From NCBI GenBank assembly GCA_044369655.1, contig JBILWX010000003.1, positions 3,548 to 67,547 on the forward strand: a stretch of DNA of 64,000 nt. Reading direction: 5' to 3'. Shown piece by piece: positions 54,717 through 64,000 of the stretch. Source of the DNA: Pirellulales bacterium. Its GTDB lineage: Bacteria > Planctomycetota > Planctomycetia > Pirellulales > UBA1268. Positions within the stretch are counted from its first letter, which is position 1, and each line of letters starts with the position of its first letter. The position numbers and the translations under genes are program-made. The notes below the pieces were generated by a model, which did no database searches, was not told where the DNA came from, and worked only from the letters and a program-made list of their open reading frames with translations.

Positions 54717-56060
54717 TTACGACAGATACCGCCCTCGGTTGACGGCGGCCTGCCAGCGGCCGGACTTCGTGATGTCGAGGATCTGAGACTGCGTGAAGAG
54801 TTCGCCGTGCTCGAGGACCGCGCGGCGGATCACCTCCTTGACGTCGGCGCCGCTCGCCCCTTCCAGCGACTGTGCCACCGCGTCGTAATCGATCGCCAGT
54901 CCGAGCGGTGTGAGGTGACGCTCGAGGATGCGGGCACGGGAAGCCTCGTCGGGCAGAGGCAGGGTGACGACCATGTCGAACCGCGACGACCGCTGGGCGG
55001 CGGGATCGAGGGCCTTGGGATCGTTCGTCGTGGCGATGGTGAGGATGTCCTCCCGTTCGAGCACGCCGTCGAGCGTGGCGAGGAAATCGGCGAGCGCCCC
55101 GTTGTCGCCATTGGAGTCGCGGTGGCCCAGGACCAGGTCGATGTCGTCGAGCACGACGAGCGTGGGGCCGAAGGTCTCCGACGAGGCGTAGAGTTCGGCG
55201 ATCATGTGCCGCATGGCGTTGGCATCGGCGAGGATCGTCGTGTAGCGGTCTCCCAGTTCGCTCGAGATCACCCGCACGAGGTGCGTCTTGCCGACGCCGG
55301 GCGGCCCGGCGACGAGCATGCCGCGGTTGGTACCCAGGCCCAGCCGCCGCATGATCTCCCGGCGGCTCGTGGCCGCGGCGAGGAATACGTCAACCTCCGA
55401 CCAGACCTCCGCAGGTAGGATCAGGCCGTCGCGCGGGTTGGTCAGCGTCGGCGTGATGCCCAGCTTCAGGCAGCCTTCGACGACCGTGGCCTCGAGCACC
55501 CGTCCCCGCAGTGGATTCTCCGCGGTTTTGAGCCGCTCGCAGAACTGCTTGAGTACCGCTTCGGCCACCGGCTTGCCGGCGGAACTGGAGAGGATGGCGA
55601 ACTCCCGGTTCCAATGCCGATCGTCGACGAGCACGCAGAGTGGCTCGGCGGAGAGCGTGCCGGCGGGGAAGAAGGCGATGAGACGGCCCGGCACCGAGAC
55701 CTTGTCGTCGGGCCCGAGGTCGAGCTGCGACCAGGTGGGCGGCAGGCCGTCGCCCGGCGAGCCGATGACGACGACCTCCGCATGGCGTTCCATCTCGATC
55801 CGCAGGAGGTTGCCCAGGATCGCCACCGACGTGCCGGGGCCCGAATACTTGGTGCTGGCGAGCCGCGTGCTCTCGACTCCGAGATGGAGAATCGCGAACG
55901 ACGTGGGCGACAGGGCCGACACCGGTTGTTGGCCGAGGATCTCCCCCAGCACCGCGATGGTCGCCCGCGTCTCCTCGCTCGCGTTGGCCAGGATGGCGTC
56001 GAGCGTGCGGCCGTCGAGCACGTGGTTATCGCGGGGCGTGCGGCCGGGTTCGTGTATCAT
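54717..56060 (-). CDS. classic-clade AAA+ ATPase with uncharacterised ~210-aa N-terminal domain
   Basis: Walker [10 protein letters not shown], Walker B LVVLDDID, sensor-1 TTN and SRH/Arg finger [13 protein letters not shown] at 56060. Confidence 0.8.
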   Translation of the reverse strand: MIHEPGRTPRDNHVLDGRTLDAILANASEETRATIAVLGEILGQQPVSALSPTSFAILHLGVESTRLASTKYSGPGTSVAILGNLLRIEMERHAEVVVIGSPGDGLPPTWSQLDLGPDDKVSVPGRLIAFFPAGTLSAEPLCVLVDDRHWNREFAILSSSAGKPVAEAVLKQFCERLKTAENPLRGRVLEATVVEGCLKLGITPTLTNPRDGLILPAEVWSEVDVFLAAATSRREIMRRLGLGTNRGMLVAGPPGVGKTHLVRVISSELGDRYTTILADANAMRHMIAELYASSETFGPTLVVLDDIDLVLGHRDSNGDNGALADFLATLDGVLEREDILTIATTNDPKALDPAAQRSSRFDMVVTLPLPDEASRARILERHLTPLGLAIDYDAVAQSLEGASGADVKEVIRRAVLEHGELFTQSQILDITKSGRWQAAVNRGRYLS

Positions 56061-56161
56061 CGAGGTGCCTGCGTGATGCGGTTGGCCGGCATGAGGACGG
56101 CCGATGGCGTGCGGAACGTGGTTCGCTCTCCAGAAGACCTGTGGCAGGAGACCTGTCGGCG

Positions 56162-56491
56162 ATGTCTTGGTTGTACCTGATGATCGCGATCGCGGCTGAA
56201 GTGCTCGGCACGAGTTTTTTGCGGGCTTCGCAGGGATTTACCAAGCCCCTGCCGAGCCTCGCGGTCGTGATCGGCTACGGGCTGGCGTTTTTCTTCCTGT
56301 CGCTGACGCTCAAGGACATTCCGGTGGGGATCGCCTACGCGGTCTGGAGTGGGGCGGGGGTGACGCTGATCGCCGGGATCGGCTGGCTCTTTCTGGGGCA
56401 GAAACTCGACGCCGCGGCGATCCTGGGCATGTCGCTGATCATCGCCGGCGTCGTCGTGCTCAACCTGTTTTCAAAGGCGGGCGGTCACTGA
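56162..56491 (+). CDS. SMR-family small multidrug efflux protein (EmrE/QacE-like)
   Basis: Four TM helices, the conserved membrane Glu (IAAEVLGTS) and [16 protein letters not shown] at 56162. Confidence 0.9.
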   Translation: MSWLYLMIAIAAEVLGTSFLRASQGFTKPLPSLAVVIGYGLAFFFLSLTLKDIPVGIAYAVWSGAGVTLIAGIGWLFLGQKLDAAAILGMSLIIAGVVVLNLFSKAGGH

Positions 56492-56516
56492 GACGGTTTC
56501 CAGACGATGTGCAAGC

Positions 56517-56539
56517 GCATGGGCCGGGGCTGCCCATGC
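56517..56539. terminator. 8-bp hairpin between convergent SMR and TauE genes
   Basis: gcatgggc-cggggct-gcccatgc. No U-tract, so weak evidence. Confidence 0.25.
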
Positions 56540-56671
56540 CCCGTCGCCGGACGTTCGCTCCGCCCATGCTGGGCTCCGCTCACTCGATGCTGACTGCGCT
56601 CCGGCATCCTGCCTGCGCTGGTCAGCAACGCCGGCTCTCGGAGCATGGGCAGCCCCTCGCGCACTCTCCGT

Positions 56672-57433
56672 TCACAGCCCCAGCGGTCGGCCCAATAGTT
56701 TGACGCTCGCAAACGCGAGGACGGCTGCCATCAGCAGCCGTAGCGTCGACGCCGGCAGGCGGAACGCGCCACAGTACGAGCCGAGCGTGCCGCCGAGCAC
56801 CGCCGCCGCGATCACCGGCAGGCCGGTAGCCGGAAACGGTCGGCCGGCGACCAGACCGCCCCCCAGGCCCGCGAGTGAGTTCACGAGGATGAACGGTGCC
56901 GTCACGGCGGCGATCGTCTTCAGCGGGGACGCACCGAGCGCCACGAGTGCCGGCGTCAGAAACACGCCGCCACCCACCCCGGTGAGCCCCGACAGGAGGC
57001 CGATGACACCGCCGATCGCCGCCCACAGGCCGGGCGAGCGGGCGGAGTGGAGCGGTTTTGCAGTCGAGGCGTCGTCGGACGGTTGCCTGCGGGCATCGAG
57101 CAACATCCTTGTCGATGACGCCAGCAGCACGCCGCCGAGCACGGCCTCGAAGGCGGCCGTCGGCAGGGTGATCGCGCCGCCGACGAACGCACACGGCACG
57201 CTCGCCACGGCGAGGGGCCAGAAGAGTCGGCCGCTGAAATGCCCGGCGCGGATAAATTGGATGGTCGCGATCGTCGCCACGATCACGTTGAGCACCAGCG
57301 CCGTCGGCCGAATGACCGGCGCCGTCAGCCCGAGCAATGTCATCACGGCGATGTAGCCCGTCGCACCGGCATGTCCGACGGACGCATACAGCAGCGCGAC
57401 CAGACCGATCGCCAATGGCAGGAGGGCGTGCAT
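56672..57433 (-). CDS. TauE/SafE-family (DUF81) anion exporter
   Basis: About 7 TM helices and the N-terminal ASVGHAGATGY block typical of the family. ATG at 57433. Confidence 0.8.
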   Translation of the reverse strand: MHALLPLAIGLVALLYASVGHAGATGYIAVMTLLGLTAPVIRPTALVLNVIVATIATIQFIRAGHFSGRLFWPLAVASVPCAFVGGAITLPTAAFEAVLGGVLLASSTRMLLDARRQPSDDASTAKPLHSARSPGLWAAIGGVIGLLSGLTGVGGGVFLTPALVALGASPLKTIAAVTAPFILVNSLAGLGGGLVAGRPFPATGLPVIAAAVLGGTLGSYCGAFRLPASTLRLLMAAVLAFASVKLLGRPLGL

Positions 57434-57446
57434 GCAGCGCCTGTGC

Positions 57447-57857
57447 TCAGACCGAAGTCACGGCGTGCTTCTTGAGCAGCTCGAACGGCACGACGTCGAG
57501 CGACTTTTCGTGCGTCGCCTCGAGCACCACCGGCGGGGCCCTGCCCTCCCGCGCCGCCTCCAACCACCGCGAGGCGCAGAGGCACCAGCGATCTCCCTCG
57601 ACGAGCCCCGGAAAGCCCCACTCCGGCCGCGGTGTCACGAGATCGTTCCCGGCGGCGACGGTGAATTTCAGGAAATCCTTCGTCATCACGGCACAGACGG
57701 TGTGCACGCCGACGTCGTCGGGCCCGGTGCGGCAGCAGCCGTCGCGGAAAAAACCGGTGAGCGGTTCGCTGGAACAGGGTGCCAGTGGCAGCCCCAGGAC
57801 GTTGCGGTCGGGCTTCTGCCCACGCGTGGGGCCGGAAGGGCGGTCGAAGGCGATCAT
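57447..57857 (-). CDS. DUF2237 family protein
   Basis: PLTGFFRDGCC.TGP.D.G.HTVCA..T..FL.F and WCLCASRW blocks. ATG at 57857. Ends 13 nt upstream of the TauE gene. Confidence 0.75.
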   Translation of the reverse strand: MIAFDRPSGPTRGQKPDRNVLGLPLAPCSSEPLTGFFRDGCCRTGPDDVGVHTVCAVMTKDFLKFTVAAGNDLVTPRPEWGFPGLVEGDRWCLCASRWLEAAREGRAPPVVLEATHEKSLDVVPFELLKKHAVTSV

Positions 57858-57954
57858 GGAGGGGGGTCCGGCGAGTCGGGATGGGAAAGCGGGAGCGCAC
57901 GGGCGGGAGCCGGTATGATGCCCGCTTTCATCCCGTCCAGGCAACCACGCTCGC

Positions 57955-58530
57955 ATGCTCAGCCTGCAATCCGCCTCCGACGCCCGCTGGCTCGCCCAGG
58001 TCGACGCCCACCTCGACGACGTGCTCATCGACCATGCCCACTGCGAAAAAAAAGCGGCGGGTGTCGCCATGAACCTGCTCTTTTCCTACGTCGACCACGT
58101 GCCGCTGGCCCGCGCCATGACGGAGATCGTCAACGAGGAACTGGAGCATTTTCGGCTGGTCCTCGACCTGCTCGAGCGGCGCGGCATTCGCTTTCGCAAG
58201 CTCTCCCCCTCCAGTTACGGCCAGCGGTTGCACGCACTTGTCCGCAAGGAGGAGCCGGCCAGGGCCGTCGACCGGCTGCTCGTGGGGGGGCTGATCGAGG
58301 CCCGCAGCTGCGAGCGGTTTGCACTGCTGCGCGACCATGTGGCCGACCCGGAACTGCGGGAATTCTACGGGAGCCTGTTCGAATCGGAGGCCCGGCATCA
58401 CGCCACGTATGTCCGTCTGGCCTGCGACATGGCCCCCGAGGACACGGTGCGTAACCGTCTCGAGTGGCTGGCGGCCGCAGAGGCCGCGATCATTGCCGAG
58501 GGCGACCCGGTCGCCCGCATGCACAGCTGA
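57955..58530 (+). CDS. miaE: tRNA-(ms2io6A)-hydroxylase
   Basis: Diiron ligand motifs EELEHF and [18 protein letters not shown]-terminal block. Confidence 0.85.
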   Translation: MLSLQSASDARWLAQVDAHLDDVLIDHAHCEKKAAGVAMNLLFSYVDHVPLARAMTEIVNEELEHFRLVLDLLERRGIRFRKLSPSSYGQRLHALVRKEEPARAVDRLLVGGLIEARSCERFALLRDHVADPELREFYGSLFESEARHHATYVRLACDMAPEDTVRNRLEWLAAAEAAIIAEGDPVARMHS

Positions 58531-58591
58531 CTGCGATCCGCGCGCTCGGCAGACACGCACGACACCGGCTCGAGAAACCGGCTCGCATCCC

Positions 58592-60565
58592 ATGAAACAC
58601 CCCACGATCTCCCGCCATCCGGTCGCCCCCGCGTCCCGCCAGCTGCCGATCAACGAAGTGATCGCGGTGGGGGCTCTGCTCGCGCTTGTGTCCTGGGCCC
58701 TGATCATCTGGTCGGGACGGGGCGGAGAACCGGTGTCGCTCGGGCCGGTCGATCCCGGCCGCTGGTTTCCCGGTCGCGGCCTCACCCTTGCCGAGCTGCC
58801 GTTGGTGGTGATGCTCGTGGCGGGGGGCGTGCCGCTCGTGTGGGGTCTCTTCGTCAAGCTCTGCACCGGCACGTTCGGCTCCGACCTGCTGGCCGGCCTG
58901 TCGATCATCACGAGCATTCTCCTGGGTGAATACCTCGCCGGCGTGCTCGTCGTGCTGATGCTCTCGGGCGGCGAGGCACTCGAATCGCGGGCCGTCAGCC
59001 GGGCCGGCGACGTGCTCAATGCCCTGGCCCGCCGCATGCCCTCGCTCGCCCATCGCAAGACACCCGTCGGACTCACCGACATCGTGCTGGCGGAGGTTGC
59101 CGTGGGCGACCTGATCGTCGTCCTGCCGCACGAGATCTGCCCGGTGGACGGCACGGTGGTGGCGGGCCGCGGGTCGATGGACGAGAGCTATCTCACCGGC
59201 GAGCCCTACCGGATGGCCAAGGCGCCCGGCTCCACGGTGCTCTCCGGCGCGATCAACGGGCAGGCTGCCCTCGAGATCCGCACTGACCGCGTGGCCGGCG
59301 ATAGTCGCTACGCCAAGATCATGGACGTGCTGCGGGCCAGCGAGGAACAGCGACCACAGCTTCGCCGGATGGCCGACTCGCTCGGCGCGCTCTACACGCC
59401 GCTGGCGGTGGCCATCGCTGCCGCCGCCTGGTTGTGGAGCGGCAGCGCCACCCGCTTCCTCGCCGTGCTCGTGGTTGCCACCCCCTGCCCGCTCCTGATC
59501 GCGATCCCGGTGGCGATCATCGGTGCCGTGTCGCTGGCGGCCAAACGCGGCATCGTGATCCGCGACCCGGCCATCCTCGAACGGCTCGACACCTGCCGGA
59601 TCGCCATCTTCGACAAGACTGGGACGCTCACCTACGGCAGCCCCAGCCTCACCGACGTCGTGCTCGTCGGCGGCTTGTCCCGCGCCGACGTCCTGACGCT
59701 GGCGGCCAGCCTCGAAACCTATTCGAAGCACCCGCTCTCCGCGGCCGTGGTGCAGGCCGCCGCGGAGGAATCGCTCCGCCTCCTCGAGGTCGAGGCCTTG
59801 GCCGAGAAGCCCGGCCAGGGGCTCGTCGGCCAGGTGAAGCACTTGAATGGCGTGGCGACTGCGCACGACGTGGTGATCACCAGCCGGCAGAAGCTTCCGA
59901 ATGTCGACGCCGCCGGAATCACGAAACTGCCGGCGGTGGCCGGTGGTCTCGAATGCGTGGTCGTGGTGGATGGGAAGACCGAGGCCCTGCTGCGGTTCCG
60001 TGATTCACCGCGGGCGGACGGCAAGCCGTTCGTCGGCCACCTGAAACCGGCCCACGGACTCACCCGCGTGATGCTCGTGTCTGGCGACCGTGAGAGCGAG
60101 GTGCGCTGGCTGGCCGACATCGTCGGCATCACGGAGGTGCACGCAGGCATTCAACCCGAGGGCAAGCTGAGGCTCGTGGAGCAGGCCACCGCCGAGGCAC
60201 CGACCTTGTTCGTGGGGGACGGCATCAACGACGCCCCGGCGCTCGCAGCGGCGACGGTCGGCATCGCGATGGGGGCGGCCAGCGACGTGACGAGCGAGGC
60301 CGCAGGCGCCGTGGTGATGGACACGGCGCTCGAACGTATCGATGAACTGCTGCACATCGGCCGCCGACTGCGGTCGATCGCCCTGCAGAGTGCCGTGGGC
60401 GGGATGGCAGCCAGCCTGATCGGCATGGGCTTTGCGGCGGCCGGCTTCCTGCCTCCCGCGCTCGGGGCGCTCTTCCAGGAGGCGATCGACGTCGTGGCGG
60501 TGCTCAACGCGCTGCGCGTGTCGTGGAATCCAGGATCGCTCTCCGACTACCGCGACCGCAGCTGA
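58592..60565 (+). CDS. P1B-type heavy-metal ATPase, TPCP-motif (P1B-5-like), no N-terminal HMA domain
   Basis: ATG at 58592. TGEP, transmembrane [16 protein letters not shown] and [10 protein letters not shown]. No CxxC metal-binding domain and no C-terminal hemerythrin-like extension. Confidence 0.85.
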   Translation: MKHPTISRHPVAPASRQLPINEVIAVGALLALVSWALIIWSGRGGEPVSLGPVDPGRWFPGRGLTLAELPLVVMLVAGGVPLVWGLFVKLCTGTFGSDLLAGLSIITSILLGEYLAGVLVVLMLSGGEALESRAVSRAGDVLNALARRMPSLAHRKTPVGLTDIVLAEVAVGDLIVVLPHEICPVDGTVVAGRGSMDESYLTGEPYRMAKAPGSTVLSGAINGQAALEIRTDRVAGDSRYAKIMDVLRASEEQRPQLRRMADSLGALYTPLAVAIAAAAWLWSGSATRFLAVLVVATPCPLLIAIPVAIIGAVSLAAKRGIVIRDPAILERLDTCRIAIFDKTGTLTYGSPSLTDVVLVGGLSRADVLTLAASLETYSKHPLSAAVVQAAAEESLRLLEVEALAEKPGQGLVGQVKHLNGVATAHDVVITSRQKLPNVDAAGITKLPAVAGGLECVVVVDGKTEALLRFRDSPRADGKPFVGHLKPAHGLTRVMLVSGDRESEVRWLADIVGITEVHAGIQPEGKLRLVEQATAEAPTLFVGDGINDAPALAAATVGIAMGAASDVTSEAAGAVVMDTALERIDELLHIGRRLRSIALQSAVGGMAASLIGMGFAAAGFLPPALGALFQEAIDVVAVLNALRVSWNPGSLSDYRDRS

Positions 60566-61326
60566 CCCCGTACGATTCTCGTCGCCGCGTTCGTGGCCAG
60601 CCCGCCTCCCGCCCAGACCGCGGCCCCCGCGACCGCCCCGGCGATCACGCCGCCGGGGCCGGCCGGCAGGCCGGCCAGGCCGCAGGCTGCTGCAGAGGCC
60701 GCCAGACCGGCGGCCTCTCCGGCCCGGCGGCTGTCGGCGGCGGAACGCCCGGCATGATGGGCCGTCCACTCGGCGGCCAACGCCGCCGCCTCGCCGGCGA
60801 TGGCCGCGGGCACGAGCGCTCCGAGCCCCAGCCGCACCGTCGTGCGCACGGGAATGCCAACGGCCGTCCGCACCACGATCCGTTCGGCGGCACCGACCGC
60901 GGCGGTCGAGAGCATCCTGCGGGCCGATAGCGCGGCCATGACCCGCGCCGCCGTGCCGCTGATCCGCGACAGAACGATGTCGACCTGACGGCTGGACCGC
61001 TCGCCCGTCGCGCACCAGGTGGCGAAGTGCTCGCAGTTGTCGACCACCGGGCAGTAGCCCTCCCGGCCGACATGCGCGACCGCCCGGGCGACGATCTCGT
61101 GGGGTGGATAGGCGGCGGCAGGTTCCGTCGTCACGAGCACCGCGCCGCCGCCGGCAAACTCCACGAGGCTCGTGCGTTCCACCCGACCGCCAGCCAGCGG
61201 ATTGCGAAAGTCGTCCGGCCGCGCGTGCACGACGGTGCCGTCACCGGCATCGATCCCATGGTGCATGTACGCCACGGTCGATCCGGCCAGCCGTCGTTCC
61301 ACCCGCAGTCGATCGCCAGCCGCCAT
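60547..61326 (-). CDS. LRAT/PLAAT-like NlpC/P60-superfamily protein with C-terminal glycine-zipper membrane segment
   Basis: ATG at 61326. [16 protein letters not shown] (His pair) and [13 protein letters not shown] (catalytic Cys). The tail is [18 protein letters not shown]. Overlaps the convergent ATPase gene by 19 nt. Confidence 0.7.
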   Translation of the reverse strand: MAAGDRLRVERRLAGSTVAYMHHGIDAGDGTVVHARPDDFRNPLAGGRVERTSLVEFAGGGAVLVTTEPAAAYPPHEIVARAVAHVGREGYCPVVDNCEHFATWCATGERSSRQVDIVLSRISGTAARVMAALSARRMLSTAAVGAAERIVVRTAVGIPVRTTVRLGLGALVPAAIAGEAAALAAEWTAHHAGRSAADSRRAGEAAGLAASAAACGLAGLPAGPGGVIAGAVAGAAVWAGGGLATNAATRIVRGQLRSR

Positions 61327-61579
61327 TCGTCGCCTCGTCTGCAGCCGGACGTGTGTCAACCGTCGCCGGCCATCCTCCAGTGTACCCAGCCCGGCCCGGC
61401 GCGGTTCAGCGATCCGCCGTCGCGGCCGCCGGCACACGCGCCGAATGCTCACATTATGAGAATTGCATGCGAATCCCTCGACTGCTTGTCTCGGGGAGGC
61501 TGTCCCCGTAGCTTCACCCGCGATCCCAACGGCAAGCCACCGCACTCGCTCAGGCCCGTCTCCGGAAGTTATCGACGTC

Positions 61580-63124
61580 ATGGAAGCCTTCAATACGCTC
61601 GGCACGGGGCAGCTCTTCCTGCTCCTGATCGCGCTGGCGATTGCCTTTGGATTCGAGGTGATCAACGGCTTCCACGACACGGCCAACGCGGTGGCCACCG
61701 TCATCTACACCAAGTCGATGAAGCCGACGCCCGCCGTCGTCTGGTCGGGTGTGTGGAACTTCATCGGCGTGCATGCCGGCGGCATCGGCGTCGCCTTCAG
61801 CATCGTGCACCTGCTGCCGGTCGACCTGCTGGTCAACATCAAGACGGGCCGCGGCCTGGCGATGGTGCTGTCGCTGCTCGGCGCGGCCATCATCTGGAAT
61901 TTTGCCACCTGGTATCGCGGCCTGCCGGCGTCGAGTTCGCATTCCCTGATCGGTTCGATCATGGGCGTCGGGATGATGAACGCCTGGATGGAGCATGGCT
62001 CGCTTGTCCGCGGCATCAACTGGCACAAGGCCACCGAGGTGGCGATCGCTCTGCTGCTCTCGCCGGCGATCGGATTCGGACTGGCCGCGGCACTGCTGCT
62101 GATCAGCAAGAAACTGATCCCGGCCAAGGAGCTGTATGAGCCGCCCCACGGCGATCGGCCGCCGCCGTGGTGGATTCGGGCGCTGCTCATCGGCACCTGC
62201 ACCGGCGTGAGCTTCGCGCACGGTTCCAACGACGGCCAGAAGGGGATGGGGCTGATCATGCTGGTGCTGATCGGCATCGTGCCGGCCGCCTACGCCCTCG
62301 ACATGAACTCCTCCACGGCCGATCTCAGCGCCACGGTCGCAGCGGCCCAGAAGCTGGAGGCGGAGCTTTCCGAGCCCCAGCTGGCCACCATGCTGGCCGC
62401 GCTCAAGGACCGGCATCTCGCCGAATCCCGGGTCGAGCGACTCTCGCGGAGCGAGGGCGTGTCGGCGGCGGAAGTCGTCGAATCGACGCTGGTGGACGAC
62501 GTGCTCGACCCCTTTCCCGCCGATGACGTCGTGCTGGCCACGCTCGATCCGTTGCCGCTGGCCAGGGACGTGATCAGAAGCCTCGAAGGCCGCACGAGCT
62601 TCGACGACCTCCATGCCGACGAACGCTGGCAGTTGCGGACCAATCTGGTGGAACTGGGCGCCTCCGTCCGCACGCTGTTGCGACAGTTCGGCGACACGCT
62701 CGCCGAGGATCGCCGTCAGGTGCTCAAGAGCCTGGCCGGGCAGCTGGCCAAGCCGGTGGAATACGTGCCGGAGTGGGTGGTGATGGGGGTGGCGCTGTGC
62801 CTGGGGATCGGGACGATGTTCGGCTGGGAGCGGATCGTGAAGACGGTGGGCGAGAAGATCGGCAAGACGCACCTCACCTATGCCCAGGGGGGCGCGGCCG
62901 AACTGGTCGCCGCCACCACGATCGCGATGGCCGACCATCTCGGCATGCCGGTGAGCACGACGCACGTGCTCTCGAGCGGCGTGGCGGGCACGATGTGGGC
63001 CAACAAGTCGGGCATCCAGCCGGAGACCGTCCGCGAGATCGCGCTGGCCTGGATCCTCACCCTGCCGGTGGCGATGGCCCTCGCGGGCGGCCTCTACTGG
63101 CTCGCGACCTGGTTCGTGGGCTAG
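61580..63124 (+). CDS. PiT-family inorganic phosphate transporter
   Basis: PHO4 signatures NGFHDTANAVATV and AHGSNDGQKGMG, with a second-half repeat VSTTHVLSSGVAG. ATG at 61580. Confidence 0.9.
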   Translation: MEAFNTLGTGQLFLLLIALAIAFGFEVINGFHDTANAVATVIYTKSMKPTPAVVWSGVWNFIGVHAGGIGVAFSIVHLLPVDLLVNIKTGRGLAMVLSLLGAAIIWNFATWYRGLPASSSHSLIGSIMGVGMMNAWMEHGSLVRGINWHKATEVAIALLLSPAIGFGLAAALLLISKKLIPAKELYEPPHGDRPPPWWIRALLIGTCTGVSFAHGSNDGQKGMGLIMLVLIGIVPAAYALDMNSSTADLSATVAAAQKLEAELSEPQLATMLAALKDRHLAESRVERLSRSEGVSAAEVVESTLVDDVLDPFPADDVVLATLDPLPLARDVIRSLEGRTSFDDLHADERWQLRTNLVELGASVRTLLRQFGDTLAEDRRQVLKSLAGQLAKPVEYVPEWVVMGVALCLGIGTMFGWERIVKTVGEKIGKTHLTYAQGGAAELVAATTIAMADHLGMPVSTTHVLSSGVAGTMWANKSGIQPETVREIALAWILTLPVAMALAGGLYWLATWFVG

Positions 63125-63175
63125 ACCACGTGATGCGAGCCGCAAGGGATGCGCGGGCGGCCATCCACGGCGACA

Positions 63176-64000
63176 TCACGCCCTGTTGCGTTGGCGGAAG
63201 TACTTCAGTCCCGGGACGAAGAAGCAGACGCCGCTCACGACGCCGAAGATGATGTGAGACACGTCTCTCGCCAGGCACATCACCAGCGCCGTGGCAAAGA
63301 GCACGGCCGCCTGGATGTAGAAGGCGCCGGAGAGGATCCCCGCCTTGGCGAAGAAGACGAGTCCGGCGATCAAAGCGAGCACCGGAGAAAGCGTGAGCGC
63401 GGGCAGGCCCAGCAGCGCCTCGACCCAGAAGAGCATCACGCTCGCGATCACGCTGCCCCCCCAGATGTGCGCGATCTGCCGTTCGACCGCGGTCACGGGT
63501 CCCGTTCGATGCCGCAACGCCCAAAAGATCGGCGCCCAGAGCGCGAGCCCCCCGGCCCACAGCACCAGATACGGCCAGCGGGTCGTGACGCCCTGCCAGG
63601 CCAGCACGTCGGTCGTCACGCACAGCGCAAGGACGACCACCGAGTGCCACATCCAGAGCAAACCCCAGTTTTCGAGCACGACCGCGTGGTGGGTTTCGCG
63701 GAACAGACGCGCGACGATGTCGGCGAACCCGCCCTGCCGCGCCGCCACCGGCTCGCCAGCCAGAAACGCCCGCAGATCGGCCGCCAGTTCGGCCGCGGAC
63801 CCGTAGCGAAGTTCCTGCGGCTTCTGCAGCGACTTCAGCGAGATCATCTCGAGGTCACGATCCACCTGCCGGTCGATCGATCGGGGCACGGGCGGATCCG
63901 ACTCGAGCACCGCCAGCAGTGTGTCCATCGGGCTCGAGGCCTGGAACGGCGGCCGGCCAGTGAGCATCTGGTAGAGGATCGCACCCAGGCTCCAGACATC
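63176..64000 (-). CDS. Ser/Thr protein kinase, C-terminal part (5' end beyond window) with polytopic membrane domain
   Basis: The frame stays open to the window edge. Translation from 64000 gives DVWSLGAILYQMLTGRPPF (kinase subdomains IX-X), followed by at least 5 hydrophobic helices. Confidence 0.85.
   Translation of the reverse strand, partial: DVWSLGAILYQMLTGRPPFQASSPMDTLLAVLESDPPVPRSIDRQVDRDLEMISLKSLQKPQELRYGSAAELAADLRAFLAGEPVAARQGGFADIVARLFRETHHAVVLENWGLLWMWHSVVVLALCVTTDVLAWQGVTTRWPYLVLWAGGLALWAPIFWALRHRTGPVTAVERQIAHIWGGSVIASVMLFWVEALLGLPALTLSPVLALIAGLVFFAKAGILSGAFYIQAAVLFATALVMCLARDVSHIIFGVVSGVCFFVPGLKYFRQRNRA

Overview
High-GC (about 67-75% in hand-counted 60-nt samples) chromosomal segment, most likely from a member of the Planctomycetota. 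The lineage call rests on a DUF1559 protein with a prepilin-type N-terminus, a YTV-repeat protein and a DUF1570-like peptidase. I call 56 protein-coding genes. I saw no rRNA, tRNA, CRISPR array, transposase or integrase, but this was a by-eye scan only. Housekeeping blocks: mobA, a giant AsmA-like protein, a bioF-FMO-GAF/PP2C operon, lutA / lutBC, sucCD, lnt, ffh-rpsP-trmD-rplS-yraN, miaE, a P-type ATPase, a PiT transporter and a Ser/Thr kinase that runs off the right edge. The accessory core is a ~21-kb compositionally mosaic glycan-decoration island (23.6-44.6 kb). It holds two gmd paralogs, rmlA/rmlB, one DegT aminotransferase, one hexapeptide acetyltransferase, three methyltransferases, three sulfotransferase-like genes and seven glycosyltransferase-type genes including an RgpF-like one. 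It is bracketed by directly repeated GT4-gmd modules and has no export, polymerase or initiation gene. The most unusual signal I found is that 12 of the 18 island proteins end in Ala-Ala-stop, usually R-x-A-A, against 2 of 37 proteins elsewhere in the window. Other items worth a second look: a Cys-rich YTV-repeat secreted protein with 42-nt coding periodicity and an AT-rich palindrome in its leader; a GspE/PilB-type ATPase whose N-terminal domain is replaced by three TM helices, paired with a CvpA-like protein and inserted antisense between lutA and lutBC; a PLAAT/LRAT-like protein with a glycine-zipper tail; a TPCP-motif (P1B-5-like) ATPase; and a G8 tract between the SD and the start codon of an island methyltransferase. 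The ORF track shows alternative start codons (GTG/TTG) as M, so I re-derived start sites from the sequence where possible. All homology statements come from motif recognition by eye, not from searches.
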